The notes beneath the pieces are model-generated. The model worked only from the letters and a program-made list of their open reading frames with translations. It searched no databases and had not been told where the DNA came from. The translations under genes and the position numbers were made by a program. From Oscillospiraceae bacterium (GTDB taxonomy: Bacteria; Bacillota; Clostridia; Oscillospirales; Acutalibacteraceae), in contig CADABX010000002.1 in the NCBI GenBank assembly GCA_902786285.1, positions 20,855 to 84,854 on the forward strand: a stretch of DNA of 64,000 nucleotides, read 5' to 3'. Below, piece by piece: positions 1-10,165 of this stretch. Position 1 is the first letter of the stretch. Each line of letters begins with the position of its first letter.

Positions 1-491
1 CCGCCGGAGCCGATGTTGGACGCGCCCTCCTGTTCGTAGGCTTCGGGGTGTTCCATCCAGTAATGCACCTCGTCCGAGCCGATCGTTGTGCCGATCTTTT
101 CGCCGAGCAGATGGTTTTCTTCTGCCTGCGAATAATCGATCGAGGCGCCGGAGCTGCAGTAGGTGCTGCCCTGATGCACCAGAAACGCATACGCCCAGCA
201 GGCGGTGTCAATGTTTGTAGTCGGCAATTTGATTTCCTCTTTTGGAATCTCGACCCACAGTTCGGGCGGCAATCCGATCGTCGGCTCCAGCGTGGTCTGC
301 CAACCGGTCGGGTCGTTGGGCGCTTCCGGCTGCCGGCGCCCTGCAATCTGCCACACACCAACGCCGAGCACGGCAACCAGCACCAGTGCGCCGAGTGCCG
401 TGCCGAGCTGTCTGCGGCGCAGGGCGGTCTTTTTATGTGTCTCTTCCGCGCGGCAAAGGATGTCGGCGGTGAGCGTTTCAGTCGATTTCAT
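1..491 (-). CDS. putative anti-sigma factor / single-pass membrane protein (N-terminal part only; the gene runs off the window start)
   Basis: Not in the ORF track because it has no stop in the window. My translation from ATG 491 is MKSTETLTADILCRAEETHKKTALRRRQLGTALGALVLVAVLGVGVWQIAGRR..., a short cytoplasmic head followed by one TM helix. The start overlaps the stop of the upstream sigma gene by 14 nt. The anti-sigma role is inferred from position only. Confidence 0.45.
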   Translation of the reverse strand, partial: MKSTETLTADILCRAEETHKKTALRRRQLGTALGALVLVAVLGVGVWQIAGRRQPEAPNDPTGWQTTLEPTIGLPPELWVEIPKEEIKLPTTNIDTACWAYAFLVHQGSTYCSSGASIDYSQAEENHLLGEKIGTTIGSDEVHYWMEHPEAYEQEGASNIGSG

Positions 492-1035
492 ACGATGCAT
501 CCTCCTGTTCCAGTTTCGCTTTGAGCGTTTGTTTGGCGTGATACAGGAGCGACTCCACCTGCTTCGGTCGCCGGTGCAGCACGTTTGCGATCTCCCGCGG
601 CGGCAGATCTTCAAAATACCGCAGATACAATACTTGCCGGTACTGCGCCGGCAGCGTTTCCATCGCGCGGTGCAGACGGATCTTTGCTTCCTGCCGCAAA
701 TACTGCTGCTCCACCGACTGCTGTTCGCTTCGCGCGTTTGCTTTGTCGTCCAGCGGCACGGTGGGCGTCTTTTTCTGCCGGCGCAGATGGTCGCGCGCTA
801 TGTTTCGCGCAACGGCAAACAAAAACGTCTTAAAGCTGCTGCGGCCGGAAAAGCGCGGCCTTTTCACGGCGAGCTTGACAAACGTGTCTTCCATCCAGTC
901 CTCGGCGGTGAAAACGTCCGGCGCATAGGCGCAAAGATACAGCGTCAGCGTGTTTTTATACGCTTCGACCAGCGCGGAAAGTCCGTCGTTGTCGCCGCCT
1001 AAAAAACGCTGATAGTTTTGCGCGTCAACGTCCAT
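478..1035 (-). CDS. ECF-type sigma-70 family RNA polymerase sigma factor
   Basis: ORF 478..1116. Region 2 is recognisable (FKTFLFAVARNIARDHLRR) and so is the region 4 HTH (YRQVLYLRYFEDLPPREIANVLHRRPKQVESLLYHAK). ATG 1035 (MDVDAQNYQRF) is preceded by AAAGGAGG, so I prefer it to the longer track start. Confidence 0.85.
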   Translation of the reverse strand: MDVDAQNYQRFLGGDNDGLSALVEAYKNTLTLYLCAYAPDVFTAEDWMEDTFVKLAVKRPRFSGRSSFKTFLFAVARNIARDHLRRQKKTPTVPLDDKANARSEQQSVEQQYLRQEAKIRLHRAMETLPAQYRQVLYLRYFEDLPPREIANVLHRRPKQVESLLYHAKQTLKAKLEQEDASYEID

Positions 1036-1147
1036 GCACACGCCTCCTTTCGTTTGGGTTTTGTTGGCTGCCTTACAGGTCCTGCATCTGTTAGACGAAA
1101 AAAAGCCGGAAAACACGCAGTTGTTCCGGCTTTCGCTTTTTTCTTTT

Positions 1148-2083
1148 TTACAGCCACTTGCGCTTGTGCGCCACGATCCACAGCCCGGTGATCACGGCAA
1201 CGGACAGCCCGATCACATAGAGATAGCCGTATTTCCAGTGGAACTCCGGCATGGAATCGAAGTTCATGCCGTACCAGCCCACGATGATGGTCAGCGGGAA
1301 AAAGATCGTGGTGATCACAGTCAGCAGCCGCATGGATTTGTTCATTTTGGTGTCGATATAGGACGAATACGCGTCCTGCACGTGCACCAGCGAGCTGTGG
1401 AGCGAATCGACGTCTTCGCGCAGACGGGTGAGCTTTTGGGAAAGGTTGGAAATATACATCAGTCCGTCTTCGTCAAACAGCTCGTTTTCGTTTTCCTCCA
1501 TCGCGTCGGTGATATCGAGCATCTGGTCGTAAAAGTTGTGCATGGCGAGCAGATGCTTTTTCATCTGCAGAATGGAGATGTTGAACGAATCGTCCGCCTC
1601 GTCCTGAAACACCGTTTCCTCCAGCTCGGTGATCGCGTTGCCGGTGTCCTCAATAAAGCGCATGTCGCGCGATACAAGCAGATCGAGAAAGGCGAAGATC
1701 AGCTTTTCCATGCTGCAAAGGTGCGGCGCATAGCGGCGCAGGGCGGTGAAAAACTTTTGCTTGGTGGAGCCGTCGCGGTCGTCCACATCCACAACAAGCA
1801 GCAGATTCTTCATAATATACAGCGCCACACAGTCGGGCTTGCCGTCGATATTCGCGGAATCGATCACGCGCAGCTCCGTAAACGTGTAGTCGTCATAGAC
1901 CTCCACGCCGGAGCGGAAATTCTGGTTGGCGCGCTGACACGCCTGCACGGTGGCACGCGAAAAGCCGTAGCGCGGACCGAGCTCCACAAGGTCGGCGGCG
2001 CTGATATAGCCCACGGTCAGAACGTTCGGATCCAACTCGCTTCGCTCAATGGCATGAACCGTGGTGTCGATTGCGTAAAACAT
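1148..2083 (-). CDS. corA: CorA-family Mg2+/Co2+ transporter
   Basis: Two C-terminal TM helices carry the YGMNF signature (IIVGWYGMNFDSMPEF). ATG 2083 lies 8 nt after AAAGGTGG. The track start (GTG 2095) sits inside that RBS. Confidence 0.85.
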   Translation of the reverse strand: MFYAIDTTVHAIERSELDPNVLTVGYISAADLVELGPRYGFSRATVQACQRANQNFRSGVEVYDDYTFTELRVIDSANIDGKPDCVALYIMKNLLLVVDVDDRDGSTKQKFFTALRRYAPHLCSMEKLIFAFLDLLVSRDMRFIEDTGNAITELEETVFQDEADDSFNISILQMKKHLLAMHNFYDQMLDITDAMEENENELFDEDGLMYISNLSQKLTRLREDVDSLHSSLVHVQDAYSSYIDTKMNKSMRLLTVITTIFFPLTIIVGWYGMNFDSMPEFHWKYGYLYVIGLSVAVITGLWIVAHKRKWL

Positions 2084-2220
2084 GAAAAGAGCCACCTTTC
2101 ATTTTCGATGGAATAAATGCGATTATTTTGGAAAAAGGGTTGATTTCTTCGGACAAGTGGATTATAATAAACGAAACCGCTTGCAGGTTTTGTTTTTTTG
2201 AAGCTGTGCGCTTTAACGCT

Positions 2221-3027
2221 TTAAAGCAGATTAGTGCCGAGAATCTTCTGGGCATTGCGCCAAAGCATATCCTGCGTTGCTTCTTCGGAAAATCCGAAGC
2301 CCACAAGCCGGTCGGCAAAGTCGCGCTGGTTTTCCCACGGCGAATCGGAGCCGAACAATATCTTATCCGTGCCGTGCTTCTCGATGATCTGCCGGCACAG
2401 CGCGGGCCGCATGTGGATCACGGCGGCGGTGTCCATCCAAACGGGCTTGCCGCACAGCTTTTCGAGCACTTCCGTTTCCAGCGCAAAGCCGCCCAGATGC
2501 GCGAGGATCAGCTTATCGTCGATCAGACCCTTGAGCTGCTCAAGCACAAAGAGCACCATGTCCGGCGTGCAGTGCACATCGTTCATATAGGCGACGTCCT
2601 TGCCGGCGTGCGTGAGGATATAAAGATCGCGTTTCGCCGCTTCCTCCATAATCCGCAGATACCGCGGATCGTCGAAATAGACGCCCTGATAATCCGGGTG
2701 CAGCTTGATCCCGAACAGACCGCTCTCCTTGATATAATCGAGCAGCGCCGGCACGTCCGGGCAGTCCGGATGGATCGCCCCGGCAAAAAACAGGTGATCC
2801 TTGCCGTTCAGCGCGGCCGACACACGGTTGATCGTCTGTTCCTGTTTCGGACTGGTGGCCACAGGCAGCACCACACTGTAGTCGATCCCGCAATCTTTCA
2901 TGGATGCCTTCAGCGCATCGAGCGTGCCGACCCGGTGCGGCAAAACATGACCGGCCTCGGACAGATGAAAGATCGACCGTTGCGCGATCGCGTCGGGAAA
3001 TGTGTGGGTATGGAAATCAACGATCAA
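2221..3027 (-). CDS. amidohydrolase-family metal-dependent hydrolase (Amidohydro_2-like TIM barrel)
   Basis: N-terminal HxH motif (IVDFHTHTFPD) and a later DSPW motif. TTG 3027 lies 8 nt after GGAGGTG and is my preferred start; the track start is TTG 3045. Confidence 0.7.
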   Translation of the reverse strand: MIVDFHTHTFPDAIAQRSIFHLSEAGHVLPHRVGTLDALKASMKDCGIDYSVVLPVATSPKQEQTINRVSAALNGKDHLFFAGAIHPDCPDVPALLDYIKESGLFGIKLHPDYQGVYFDDPRYLRIMEEAAKRDLYILTHAGKDVAYMNDVHCTPDMVLFVLEQLKGLIDDKLILAHLGGFALETEVLEKLCGKPVWMDTAAVIHMRPALCRQIIEKHGTDKILFGSDSPWENQRDFADRLVGFGFSEEATQDMLWRNAQKILGTNLL

Positions 3028-3133
3028 GCAAAACACCTCCTGCAAATAACAGGACTATTATAGCACATTACGCGCCAAATGCAACGGCATTTGCGCAAAT
3101 CTGATAAAAAAGAAAAAAGGAAAAGGTGACCCC

Positions 3134-4768
3134 ATGACTATCGTAGATCTTTTGGAAAACAACGCGCGTCTGTATGGCAGTGAGACGGCGCTTGTGGAAC
3201 TCAACCCCGAACAAAAAAGCAAACGCAAGGTGACCTGGCACGAATATGAGCTGGTGCAGCCCAACGCCAACGCCCCGGCGCGCCGCGAGATCACCTGGTC
3301 GGTGTTTAACGAACGCGCCAACCGCTTTGCCAACGCGCTGCTTTCGCGCGGCATCGGCAAGGGCAACAAGGTCGCCATTCTGCTGATGAACTGCATCGAA
3401 TGGCTGCCGATCTATTTCGGCGTGCTCAAAACCGGCGCCATCGCCGTGCCGCTCAATTTCCGTTATGCATCGGATGAGATCAAGTACACGTTCGATCTGT
3501 CCGAGGCGGACATATTGCTGTTCGGCCCGGAATTCATCGGCCGCGTGGAGGACATTGCCGACGAGATCGACGAACGGCATCTGCTGCTGTATCTCGGCGA
3601 CGGCTGTCCGAGCTTTGCGGAAAGCTATCCGTCGTTTGTCGCGGAAAGCTCCAGCGCCAATCCGGAGATTCCGCTGACCGAAGACGATTATGCCGCCATC
3701 TATTTTTCCTCCGGCACCACGGGCTTCCCGAAGGCGATTCTGCATAAGCACCGCGCGCTGATCCATTCGTGCCGCGTGGAGCAAAACCACCACGGTCAGA
3801 CGCACGACGACGTGTTTTTGTGCATCCCGCCGCTGTATCACACCGGCGCCAAAATGCACTGGTTCGGTTCGCTCCTGTCCGGCTCCAAAGCCGTGCTGCT
3901 CAAGGGTACCAAGCCCGAATATATCCTCGACGCCGTGTCAAAGGAGGGCTGCACCATCGTGTGGCTGCTCGTGCCCTGGGCGCAGGACATTCTCAACGCG
4001 CTGGACGCCGGCACGCTGAAAATAGAGGATTACAAGCTCGACCAGTGGCGGCTCATGCATATCGGCGCGCAGCCGGTGCCGCAAAGTCTGATCAAGCACT
4101 GGCTGACCTATTTCCCGCATCATCAGTACGACACCAACTATGGCTTGTCGGAATCCATCGGCCCCGGCGCGGTGCACCTTGGCGTGGAAAACGTCCATAA
4201 GGTCGGCGCCATCGGTATCCCGGGCTACGGCTGGCAGGTCAAGATCGTGGACGAAGCCGGCAACGAAGTGGAGGGACAGCAGGTCGGCGAGCTGTGCGTC
4301 AAGGGCGACGGCGTGATGGTCTGCTATTACAACGACCCCGAGGCCACCGCCAAAACCCTCAAGGACGGCTGGCTGTATACCGGCGACATGGCCATGCGCG
4401 ACGAAGACGGCTTCATCTTCCTCGTTGACCGCAAAAAGGATGTCATCATCACCGGCGGCGAAAACCTCTATCCGGTGCAGATCGAAGACTTTATCCGCAC
4501 CAACAACGCTGTCAGCGACGTGGCGGTGATCGGTCTGCCCGATGAACGGCTCGGCGAGATCGCCGCGGCGATCATCCAACTCAAAGACGGATTCACCTGC
4601 ACGGTGGAGGAGATGGATGAATTTTGCAAAGCTTTGCCGCGCTACAAGCGTCCGCGCAAGATCATCTTTGCTTCTGTGCCGCGCAATCCGACCGGTAAGA
4701 TCGAAAAGCCGCTGCTTCGAAAGATCTACGGCGCCGATCATCTGGTCGACGCGCAGAATAAAAGCTGA
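3134..4768 (+). CDS. AMP-forming acyl-CoA synthetase (fatty-acid--CoA ligase family)
   Basis: AMP-binding signature YFSSGTTGFPKA, a YHTGA motif, and a C-terminal GEN..YP ... PRNPTGKI motif. Confidence 0.85.
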   Translation: MTIVDLLENNARLYGSETALVELNPEQKSKRKVTWHEYELVQPNANAPARREITWSVFNERANRFANALLSRGIGKGNKVAILLMNCIEWLPIYFGVLKTGAIAVPLNFRYASDEIKYTFDLSEADILLFGPEFIGRVEDIADEIDERHLLLYLGDGCPSFAESYPSFVAESSSANPEIPLTEDDYAAIYFSSGTTGFPKAILHKHRALIHSCRVEQNHHGQTHDDVFLCIPPLYHTGAKMHWFGSLLSGSKAVLLKGTKPEYILDAVSKEGCTIVWLLVPWAQDILNALDAGTLKIEDYKLDQWRLMHIGAQPVPQSLIKHWLTYFPHHQYDTNYGLSESIGPGAVHLGVENVHKVGAIGIPGYGWQVKIVDEAGNEVEGQQVGELCVKGDGVMVCYYNDPEATAKTLKDGWLYTGDMAMRDEDGFIFLVDRKKDVIITGGENLYPVQIEDFIRTNNAVSDVAVIGLPDERLGEIAAAIIQLKDGFTCTVEEMDEFCKALPRYKRPRKIIFASVPRNPTGKIEKPLLRKIYGADHLVDAQNKS

Positions 4769-4807
4769 ATCTGTTTTGTGAACAACCAACGAAAAGAGGA
4801 ATGAAAC

Positions 4808-6367
4808 ATGAACACTACCATGATTATCACGCTTGTGCTGATCGTCTGCTTTTTTGCGCTGATGGTCGGCATCGGCATCCGCTCACGCCGTCACGCAACG
4901 GACGTCAACGGCTTTGTCCTCGGATCCCGGTCGGTCGGCCCGTGGCTGAGCGCTTTCGCGTTCGGTACGTCCTATTTTTCCGCCGTCATCTTCGTCGGCT
5001 ATGCCGGCCAGTTCGGCTGGAACTTCGGTCTGGCGTCCACATGGATCGGCCTTGGCAACGCGTTTATCGGTTCGCTCCTGCCGTGGGTGATCCTCGGCCG
5101 GCGCACGCGCGTGATGACGCAGCACCTGTCGAGTAAGACGATGCCTGATTTCTTCGGCGCGCGCTACGGCTCCAAGGGACTCAAGATCGCCGCGTCGATG
5201 ATCACGTTTTTGTTCCTCATCCCGTATACCGCGTCGCTGTATAACGGTCTGTCGCGCCTGTTCTCCATGGCGTTCAACGGCGTGGATTACAGTGTGTGCG
5301 TCATCATCATGGCCGTGCTCACCGGTATCTATGTCATTGTCGGCGGCTATATGGCGACTGCGATCAACGACTTTATTCAGGGCATCATCATGCTGTTCGG
5401 CATCGTGGCGGTCATCCTCGCCGTGCTCAAGGACAACGGCGGCTTGATGGAGGCGATGCGCGGCCTTGCCGAAGGCGCCAACGGCGGCTGGCAATATGCG
5501 TCGTTTCTTGGCCCGCAGCCGCTGTTTTTGCTGTTCGTTGTGCTGCTCACGTCGCTCGGCACCTGGGGATTGCCGCAGATGGTCGGCAAATTCTATGCCA
5601 TCAAAAACGAAGACTCCATCAAAAAAGGCACCATCATCTCCACCTTCTTTGCCATTATCGTGGCGGGCGGCTGCTATTTCCTCGGCGGCTTCGGCCGGCT
5701 TTACAACGTCGATGTTGCGGCCAACGGCTTTGACGCCGTGATCCCGGAAATGCTCTCCACGCTGCCGTCGCTGATTATCGGCGTCGTGATCGTGCTGGTG
5801 CTCTCTGCGTCGATGTCCACGCTCTCGTCGCTGGTGCTGACGTCCGGCTCCACCATCACGCTCGACTTCCTCGCCCCGATGGCGAAAAAAGAGATGAGCG
5901 AAAAGAAAAAGATGACGATCATGCGCGCGTTCATCGTGGTGTTCATCGTCATTTCCGCCGTCATCGCCATCAAGCAGGCGAAATCCAGAAGCCTGTTTAT
6001 CGCGCAGATGATGGGCGTTTCCTGGGGTGCGCTGGCAGGCGCTTTCCTCGCGCCGTTCCTGTATGGTCTGTATTATAAAAAGACCACCAAAGCGGCGGTC
6101 ATCGTCTCGTTCCTGTTCGGCGTCGGCATGGAGCTGGTGCAGCTCGCCGTGTCGCTCGGCTGGCTGGATGTGTCGTCTGTTGCCGTGCTCGCGTTTGTGT
6201 TCAAGAATTCGCTGTATTCCGGTGTGTTCGCCATGGTCGGCGGCCTGATTCTGGTACCGCTGGTGTCGCTGGTTACGCAAAAGACGAAGCCCGAAAACGT
6301 GGACGCGATGTTCGAATGCTACAACGCGACCAAGACGGTGGAAATTACCGATTCGCTCGGAGACTGA
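4808..6367 (+). CDS. sodium:solute symporter (SSS) family transporter
   Basis: 519 aa with about 13 predicted TM segments and an SSS-like pattern (GSRSVGPWLSAFAFGTSYFSA; GLPQMVGKFYA). GAGGA lies 8 nt upstream of the ATG. Confidence 0.8.
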   Translation: MNTTMIITLVLIVCFFALMVGIGIRSRRHATDVNGFVLGSRSVGPWLSAFAFGTSYFSAVIFVGYAGQFGWNFGLASTWIGLGNAFIGSLLPWVILGRRTRVMTQHLSSKTMPDFFGARYGSKGLKIAASMITFLFLIPYTASLYNGLSRLFSMAFNGVDYSVCVIIMAVLTGIYVIVGGYMATAINDFIQGIIMLFGIVAVILAVLKDNGGLMEAMRGLAEGANGGWQYASFLGPQPLFLLFVVLLTSLGTWGLPQMVGKFYAIKNEDSIKKGTIISTFFAIIVAGGCYFLGGFGRLYNVDVAANGFDAVIPEMLSTLPSLIIGVVIVLVLSASMSTLSSLVLTSGSTITLDFLAPMAKKEMSEKKKMTIMRAFIVVFIVISAVIAIKQAKSRSLFIAQMMGVSWGALAGAFLAPFLYGLYYKKTTKAAVIVSFLFGVGMELVQLAVSLGWLDVSSVAVLAFVFKNSLYSGVFAMVGGLILVPLVSLVTQKTKPENVDAMFECYNATKTVEITDSLGD

Positions 6368-6372
6368 TCGGC

Positions 6373-6401
6373 TTGCAATACGGCGCTTATTGTGCTATAA
6401 T
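6373..6401 (+). promoter_or_regulatory. sigmaA-type promoter for the iorA operon
   Basis: TTGCAA (6373-6378), a 17-nt spacer, then TGC-TATAAT (TATAAT at 6396-6401, extended -10). It places the transcription start downstream of the ATGs at 6390 and 6405. Confidence 0.6.
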
Positions 6402-6449
6402 AGAATGAAAAAACATGGCAGTTCCGGCTGCATGGGAGGATCATACAAT

Positions 6450-8186
6450 TTGAAAAAGTTAATGTTGGGCAATGAAGCGATTGCCAGAGGCTTATATGAA
6501 GCCGGCGTCAACGTGGTGTCGAGCTATCCCGGCACACCGTCGACCGAAATCACGGAATTTGCGGCAAAGTACGACGAGATCTACTGTGAATGGGCGCCGA
6601 ACGAAAAAGTGGCGACCGAGGTTGCGTTCGGTGCGTCGCTGCGCGGCGCGCGCAGTGCCTGCGCGATGAAGCACGTCGGACTCAATGTGGCGGCGGATCC
6701 GCTGTTCACGCTGTCCTATACCGGTGTCAATGGCGGCCTCGTCATCTTTGTGGCCGACGACCCGGCCATGCACTCCTCGCAAAACGAGCAGGATTCGCGC
6801 CACTACGCCATTGCGGCCAAGGTGCCGATGCTGGAACCGGCCGATTCCGCCGAAGCCAAGGACTTCGTAAAAGCGGCGTTCGCGCTGTCGGAAGAATACG
6901 ACACCCCGGTCATCATCCGCATGTGCACGCGTATTGCGCATTCGCAGGGCGCAGTGGAGCTGTGCGAGCGCGAAGAACGCGCGATTCCGGCTTATGAAAA
7001 GAATCCGCAGAAATACATCATGGCGCCCGCCAACGCTGTGCGCCGCCATCCGTTTGTGGAGGAACGCACCAAAAAGCTTGCCGCCCTCGGCGAGGTCTCG
7101 CCGCTCAACCGTGTGGAAATGGGCGGCACCGAAAAGGGCATCATCTGCAGCGGTACGTGCTATCAATATGTGAAAGAAGTGTTCGGCGATACGGTGTCCG
7201 TGCTGAAACTCGGCATGGTGCATCCGCTGCCGACCAAGCTCATTCAAGATTTTGCTTCCAAAGTGGAGCAGGTCTATGTGATCGAAGAACTCGACGGCAT
7301 CATCGAACAGCATCTGCAGAGTATCGGCGTGCCGTGCATCGGCAAAGAGCTGTTCACACCCATCGGGGAATACAACCAGACGTCCATCCGCGCGGCCTTC
7401 GGGCTGCCGCAGCCGCCGTTTGTGTCCACCGACACGCCGGTGCCCGTGCGTCCACCGGTGATGTGTGCCGGCTGTCCGCACCGCGGCTTGTTCTATACGC
7501 TCGCGAAGCACAAGATTACCTGTCTGGGCGACATCGGCTGCTACACGCTCGGCTCCGCCGCGCCGCTGTTTGCGCTCGATTCCACGCTGTGCATGGGCGC
7601 GTCCGTCTCGGGTCTGCACGGCTTCAACAAAGCCGGAGGAACAGACAGTGCGCAAAAGACCGTTTGTGTCATCGGCGACAGCACGTTCATGCATTCCGGC
7701 ATGACGGGCCTCGTCAATATCGCATATAATGATTCCCATTCCACCGTCATCATCCTCGACAACTCCATCACCGGCATGACCGGCCATCAGCAGAACCCGA
7801 CCACCGGCAAAACCATCAAGGGCGACCCGGCGCTGGCAGTCGATCTCGAAGCGCTGTGCCACGCCATCGGCATCGAGCGTGTGCGCGTCGTCGATCCCTA
7901 TGACCTCAAGGCGTGCGAAGAGGCGGTGCTCGAAGAGCTCGCCGTTGACGCGCCGAGCGTGATCATCTCGCGCCGGCCGTGCATGCTGCTCAAGTATGTC
8001 AAGGCAAAGCCGCCGGTCAAGGTGAACGAAGACAAATGCGTCGGCTGCAAAATGTGCATGAAGCTCGGCTGCCCGGCGATCAGCATGAAAAACAAAAAGG
8101 CGCACGTGGACTTTACCCAGTGCGTCGGCTGCGATGTGTGCACCCAGCTTTGCAAAGTGGGCGCGATTGAGAAAGGGGAGCGGTAA
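6450..8186 (+). CDS. iorA: indolepyruvate:ferredoxin oxidoreductase subunit alpha
   Basis: N-terminus KKLMLGNEAIARGLYEAGV, a TPP-binding region (GDSTFMHSG), and two C-terminal 4Fe-4S motifs (CVGCKMCMKLGCPA; CVGCDVCTQLC). TTG 6450 follows GGAGG (6435-6439). The track ORF begins at 6390. Confidence 0.9.
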   Translation: MKKLMLGNEAIARGLYEAGVNVVSSYPGTPSTEITEFAAKYDEIYCEWAPNEKVATEVAFGASLRGARSACAMKHVGLNVAADPLFTLSYTGVNGGLVIFVADDPAMHSSQNEQDSRHYAIAAKVPMLEPADSAEAKDFVKAAFALSEEYDTPVIIRMCTRIAHSQGAVELCEREERAIPAYEKNPQKYIMAPANAVRRHPFVEERTKKLAALGEVSPLNRVEMGGTEKGIICSGTCYQYVKEVFGDTVSVLKLGMVHPLPTKLIQDFASKVEQVYVIEELDGIIEQHLQSIGVPCIGKELFTPIGEYNQTSIRAAFGLPQPPFVSTDTPVPVRPPVMCAGCPHRGLFYTLAKHKITCLGDIGCYTLGSAAPLFALDSTLCMGASVSGLHGFNKAGGTDSAQKTVCVIGDSTFMHSGMTGLVNIAYNDSHSTVIILDNSITGMTGHQQNPTTGKTIKGDPALAVDLEALCHAIGIERVRVVDPYDLKACEEAVLEELAVDAPSVIISRRPCMLLKYVKAKPPVKVNEDKCVGCKMCMKLGCPAISMKNKKAHVDFTQCVGCDVCTQLCKVGAIEKGER

Positions 8187-8188
8187 GC

Positions 8189-8761
8189 ATGGAAACGAAA
8201 AATGTCATGATCGTCGGCGTCGGCGGCCAGGGAAGTCTCCTCGCCAGCAAGCTTCTCGGCGCGCTGTTGACCAATGAGGGCTACGACGTCAAGGTCAGCG
8301 AAGTGCACGGCATGAGCCAGCGCGGCGGTTCCGTGGTGACCTATGTGCGTTTCGGCGATAAGGTCTATTCGCCCGTGATCGCACAGGGTGAAGCGGATTA
8401 CATCGTCTCGTTTGAAAAGATCGAGGCGGCACGCTATGCGCAAAACCTCAAGCAGGGCGGCAAGATCATTGTCAACAGCCAGATGATCGACCCGATGCCC
8501 GTCATCACCGGCGCGGCAGTCTATCCGGCAGACGTGCTTGATGAGCTGCGGGCTAAGGGTGTGTTCGTCGACGAGATCGACGCGCTCTCGCTCGCCCAAC
8601 AGGCGGGCAACGCCAAAAGCGTCAACATCGTATTGATGGGGCGCCTTGCAAAATATTTCGACATCGACCGCGACAAGTGGATCGAAGCGATCAAAGCGAC
8701 TGTCAAACCGCAGTTCGTCGACGTCAACCTCAAAGCGTTTGAACTTGGTTATTCAGTATAA
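8189..8761 (+). CDS. iorB: indolepyruvate oxidoreductase subunit beta
   Basis: 190 aa with the P-loop-like IVGVGGQGSLLASK typical of the IorB / 2-oxoacid:ferredoxin oxidoreductase gamma domain. It starts 3 nt after the iorA stop. Confidence 0.85.
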   Translation: METKNVMIVGVGGQGSLLASKLLGALLTNEGYDVKVSEVHGMSQRGGSVVTYVRFGDKVYSPVIAQGEADYIVSFEKIEAARYAQNLKQGGKIIVNSQMIDPMPVITGAAVYPADVLDELRAKGVFVDEIDALSLAQQAGNAKSVNIVLMGRLAKYFDIDRDKWIEAIKATVKPQFVDVNLKAFELGYSV

Positions 8762-8826
8762 CGGGGAACCAACGGCATAAAAATCGAGGGGAATGAAACG
8801 ATTTTTATTATGAAGGAGTGATACCC

Positions 8827-10134
8827 ATGGGCAACTATTACCAGCCCGAAATTGAAACGGCCTCCCGCGAGGAGATCCTCGCCATCCAGAACGAAAAGAT
8901 CGTCAAGCAGGTCAAGCATGTGTATGACAACGTGAAGTACTACCGTGACCTTATGGACGCCAAGGGTGTGAAACCCGAAGACATCCAAAGTGTTGACGAT
9001 ATCAAAAAGCTGCCGTTTCTCACCAAAGCCGACCTGCGCGAAGCCTATCCCTACGGCCTGCTCGGCACCGATCTCAAAAACTGTGTGCGCATCCATTCCA
9101 CCTCCGGCACCACCGGCAAGCGTGTAGTCGCGTTCTATACGCAGCACGACGTGGATCTTTGGAACGACTGCTGTGCCCGCGCCATTGTGGCGGCCGACGG
9201 CTCCAGCGAAGACGTTTGTCAGGTCGCGTACGGCTACGGTTTGTTTACCGGTGGCTTCGGCCTGCACGGCGGCTCGGAAAAAGTCGGCTGCCTGACGCTG
9301 CCGATGTCCTCGGGCAACACCGACCGCCAGATCCAGTTTATGATGGACCTCGGCGCAACGATTCTTTGCTGCACGCCGTCCTACGCCGCCTATATCGGCG
9401 AAACGCTCGCCGAAAAAGGCTACAAGCCGTCCGACAACAAGCTCAAAGCCGGCATCTTCGGCGCGGAGCCGTGGACGGAGGAAATGCGCCACAGCATCGA
9501 AGAAAGCCTCGGCATCAAGGCATACGACATCTACGGTCTGACCGAAACCAGCGGCCCGGGCGTCGCGTTCGAATGCTGCGCGCAGAGCGGCATGCATATC
9601 AACGAAGACCACTTCTATGCCGAGATCATCGACCCTGACACCGGCGAAGTGCTGCCCGAGGGCAGCAAGGGCGAACTGGTGTTCACGTCGCTCGACAAAG
9701 AAGCGTTCCCGCTTTTGCGCTACCGCACGCGCGACATCTGTGTGCTCACGCGTGAAAAATGCGCCTGCGGCCGCACGCATGTCAAGATGAGCAAGCCGAT
9801 GGGCCGCTCCGACGATATGATGATCATCCGCGGCGTCAACGTGTTCCCGAGCCAGATCGAGACCGTCCTGCTCAACGAGGGCTACACGCCGAACTATCAG
9901 ATCATCGTGGACCGTGTCAACAACTCCGACACGATCGACATCAACGTCGAAATTTCGCCCGACCAGTTCTCCGACATCGTCGGCGAGAACCAGGCCAAGG
10001 AACGCAAACTCGAAAGCGCGATGCGTACCATGCTGGGCATCGGCCCGAAGGTACACCTGGTCGCGCCCAAGAGCATTGTACGCAGCGAAGGCAAAGCCGT
10101 GCGCGTGATCGACAAGCGCAAGCTGCACGATTGA
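8827..10134 (+). CDS. paaK: phenylacetate-CoA ligase family protein
   Basis: YQPEIETASREE..., HSTSGTTGKRVV, and YGLTETSGPGVAFEC. ATG 8827 lies 8 nt after AGGAG. The track start GTG 8818 overlaps the RBS. Confidence 0.85.
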   Translation: MGNYYQPEIETASREEILAIQNEKIVKQVKHVYDNVKYYRDLMDAKGVKPEDIQSVDDIKKLPFLTKADLREAYPYGLLGTDLKNCVRIHSTSGTTGKRVVAFYTQHDVDLWNDCCARAIVAADGSSEDVCQVAYGYGLFTGGFGLHGGSEKVGCLTLPMSSGNTDRQIQFMMDLGATILCCTPSYAAYIGETLAEKGYKPSDNKLKAGIFGAEPWTEEMRHSIEESLGIKAYDIYGLTETSGPGVAFECCAQSGMHINEDHFYAEIIDPDTGEVLPEGSKGELVFTSLDKEAFPLLRYRTRDICVLTREKCACGRTHVKMSKPMGRSDDMMIIRGVNVFPSQIETVLLNEGYTPNYQIIVDRVNNSDTIDINVEISPDQFSDIVGENQAKERKLESAMRTMLGIGPKVHLVAPKSIVRSEGKAVRVIDKRKLHD

Positions 10135-10165
10135 TTGCCGCCGAAGCGGAGAAAGGAAGAAAGCC

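Noticed and set aside
4883-6280. Long antisense or alternative-frame ORFs inside other genes, for example 4883-6280, 6492-8105, 8749-10167, 20191-23460, 26164-27690, 32014-33273, 38259-39764, 40580-41887, 43408-44628, 48553-49962, 52921-54459, 57502-59526 and 59944-61887.
   Set aside because: This is the same high-GC shadow-ORF effect. Each overlaps a gene with strong family signatures on the other strand or frame, and their translations are Arg/Ala/Gly/His-rich with no recognisable motifs.
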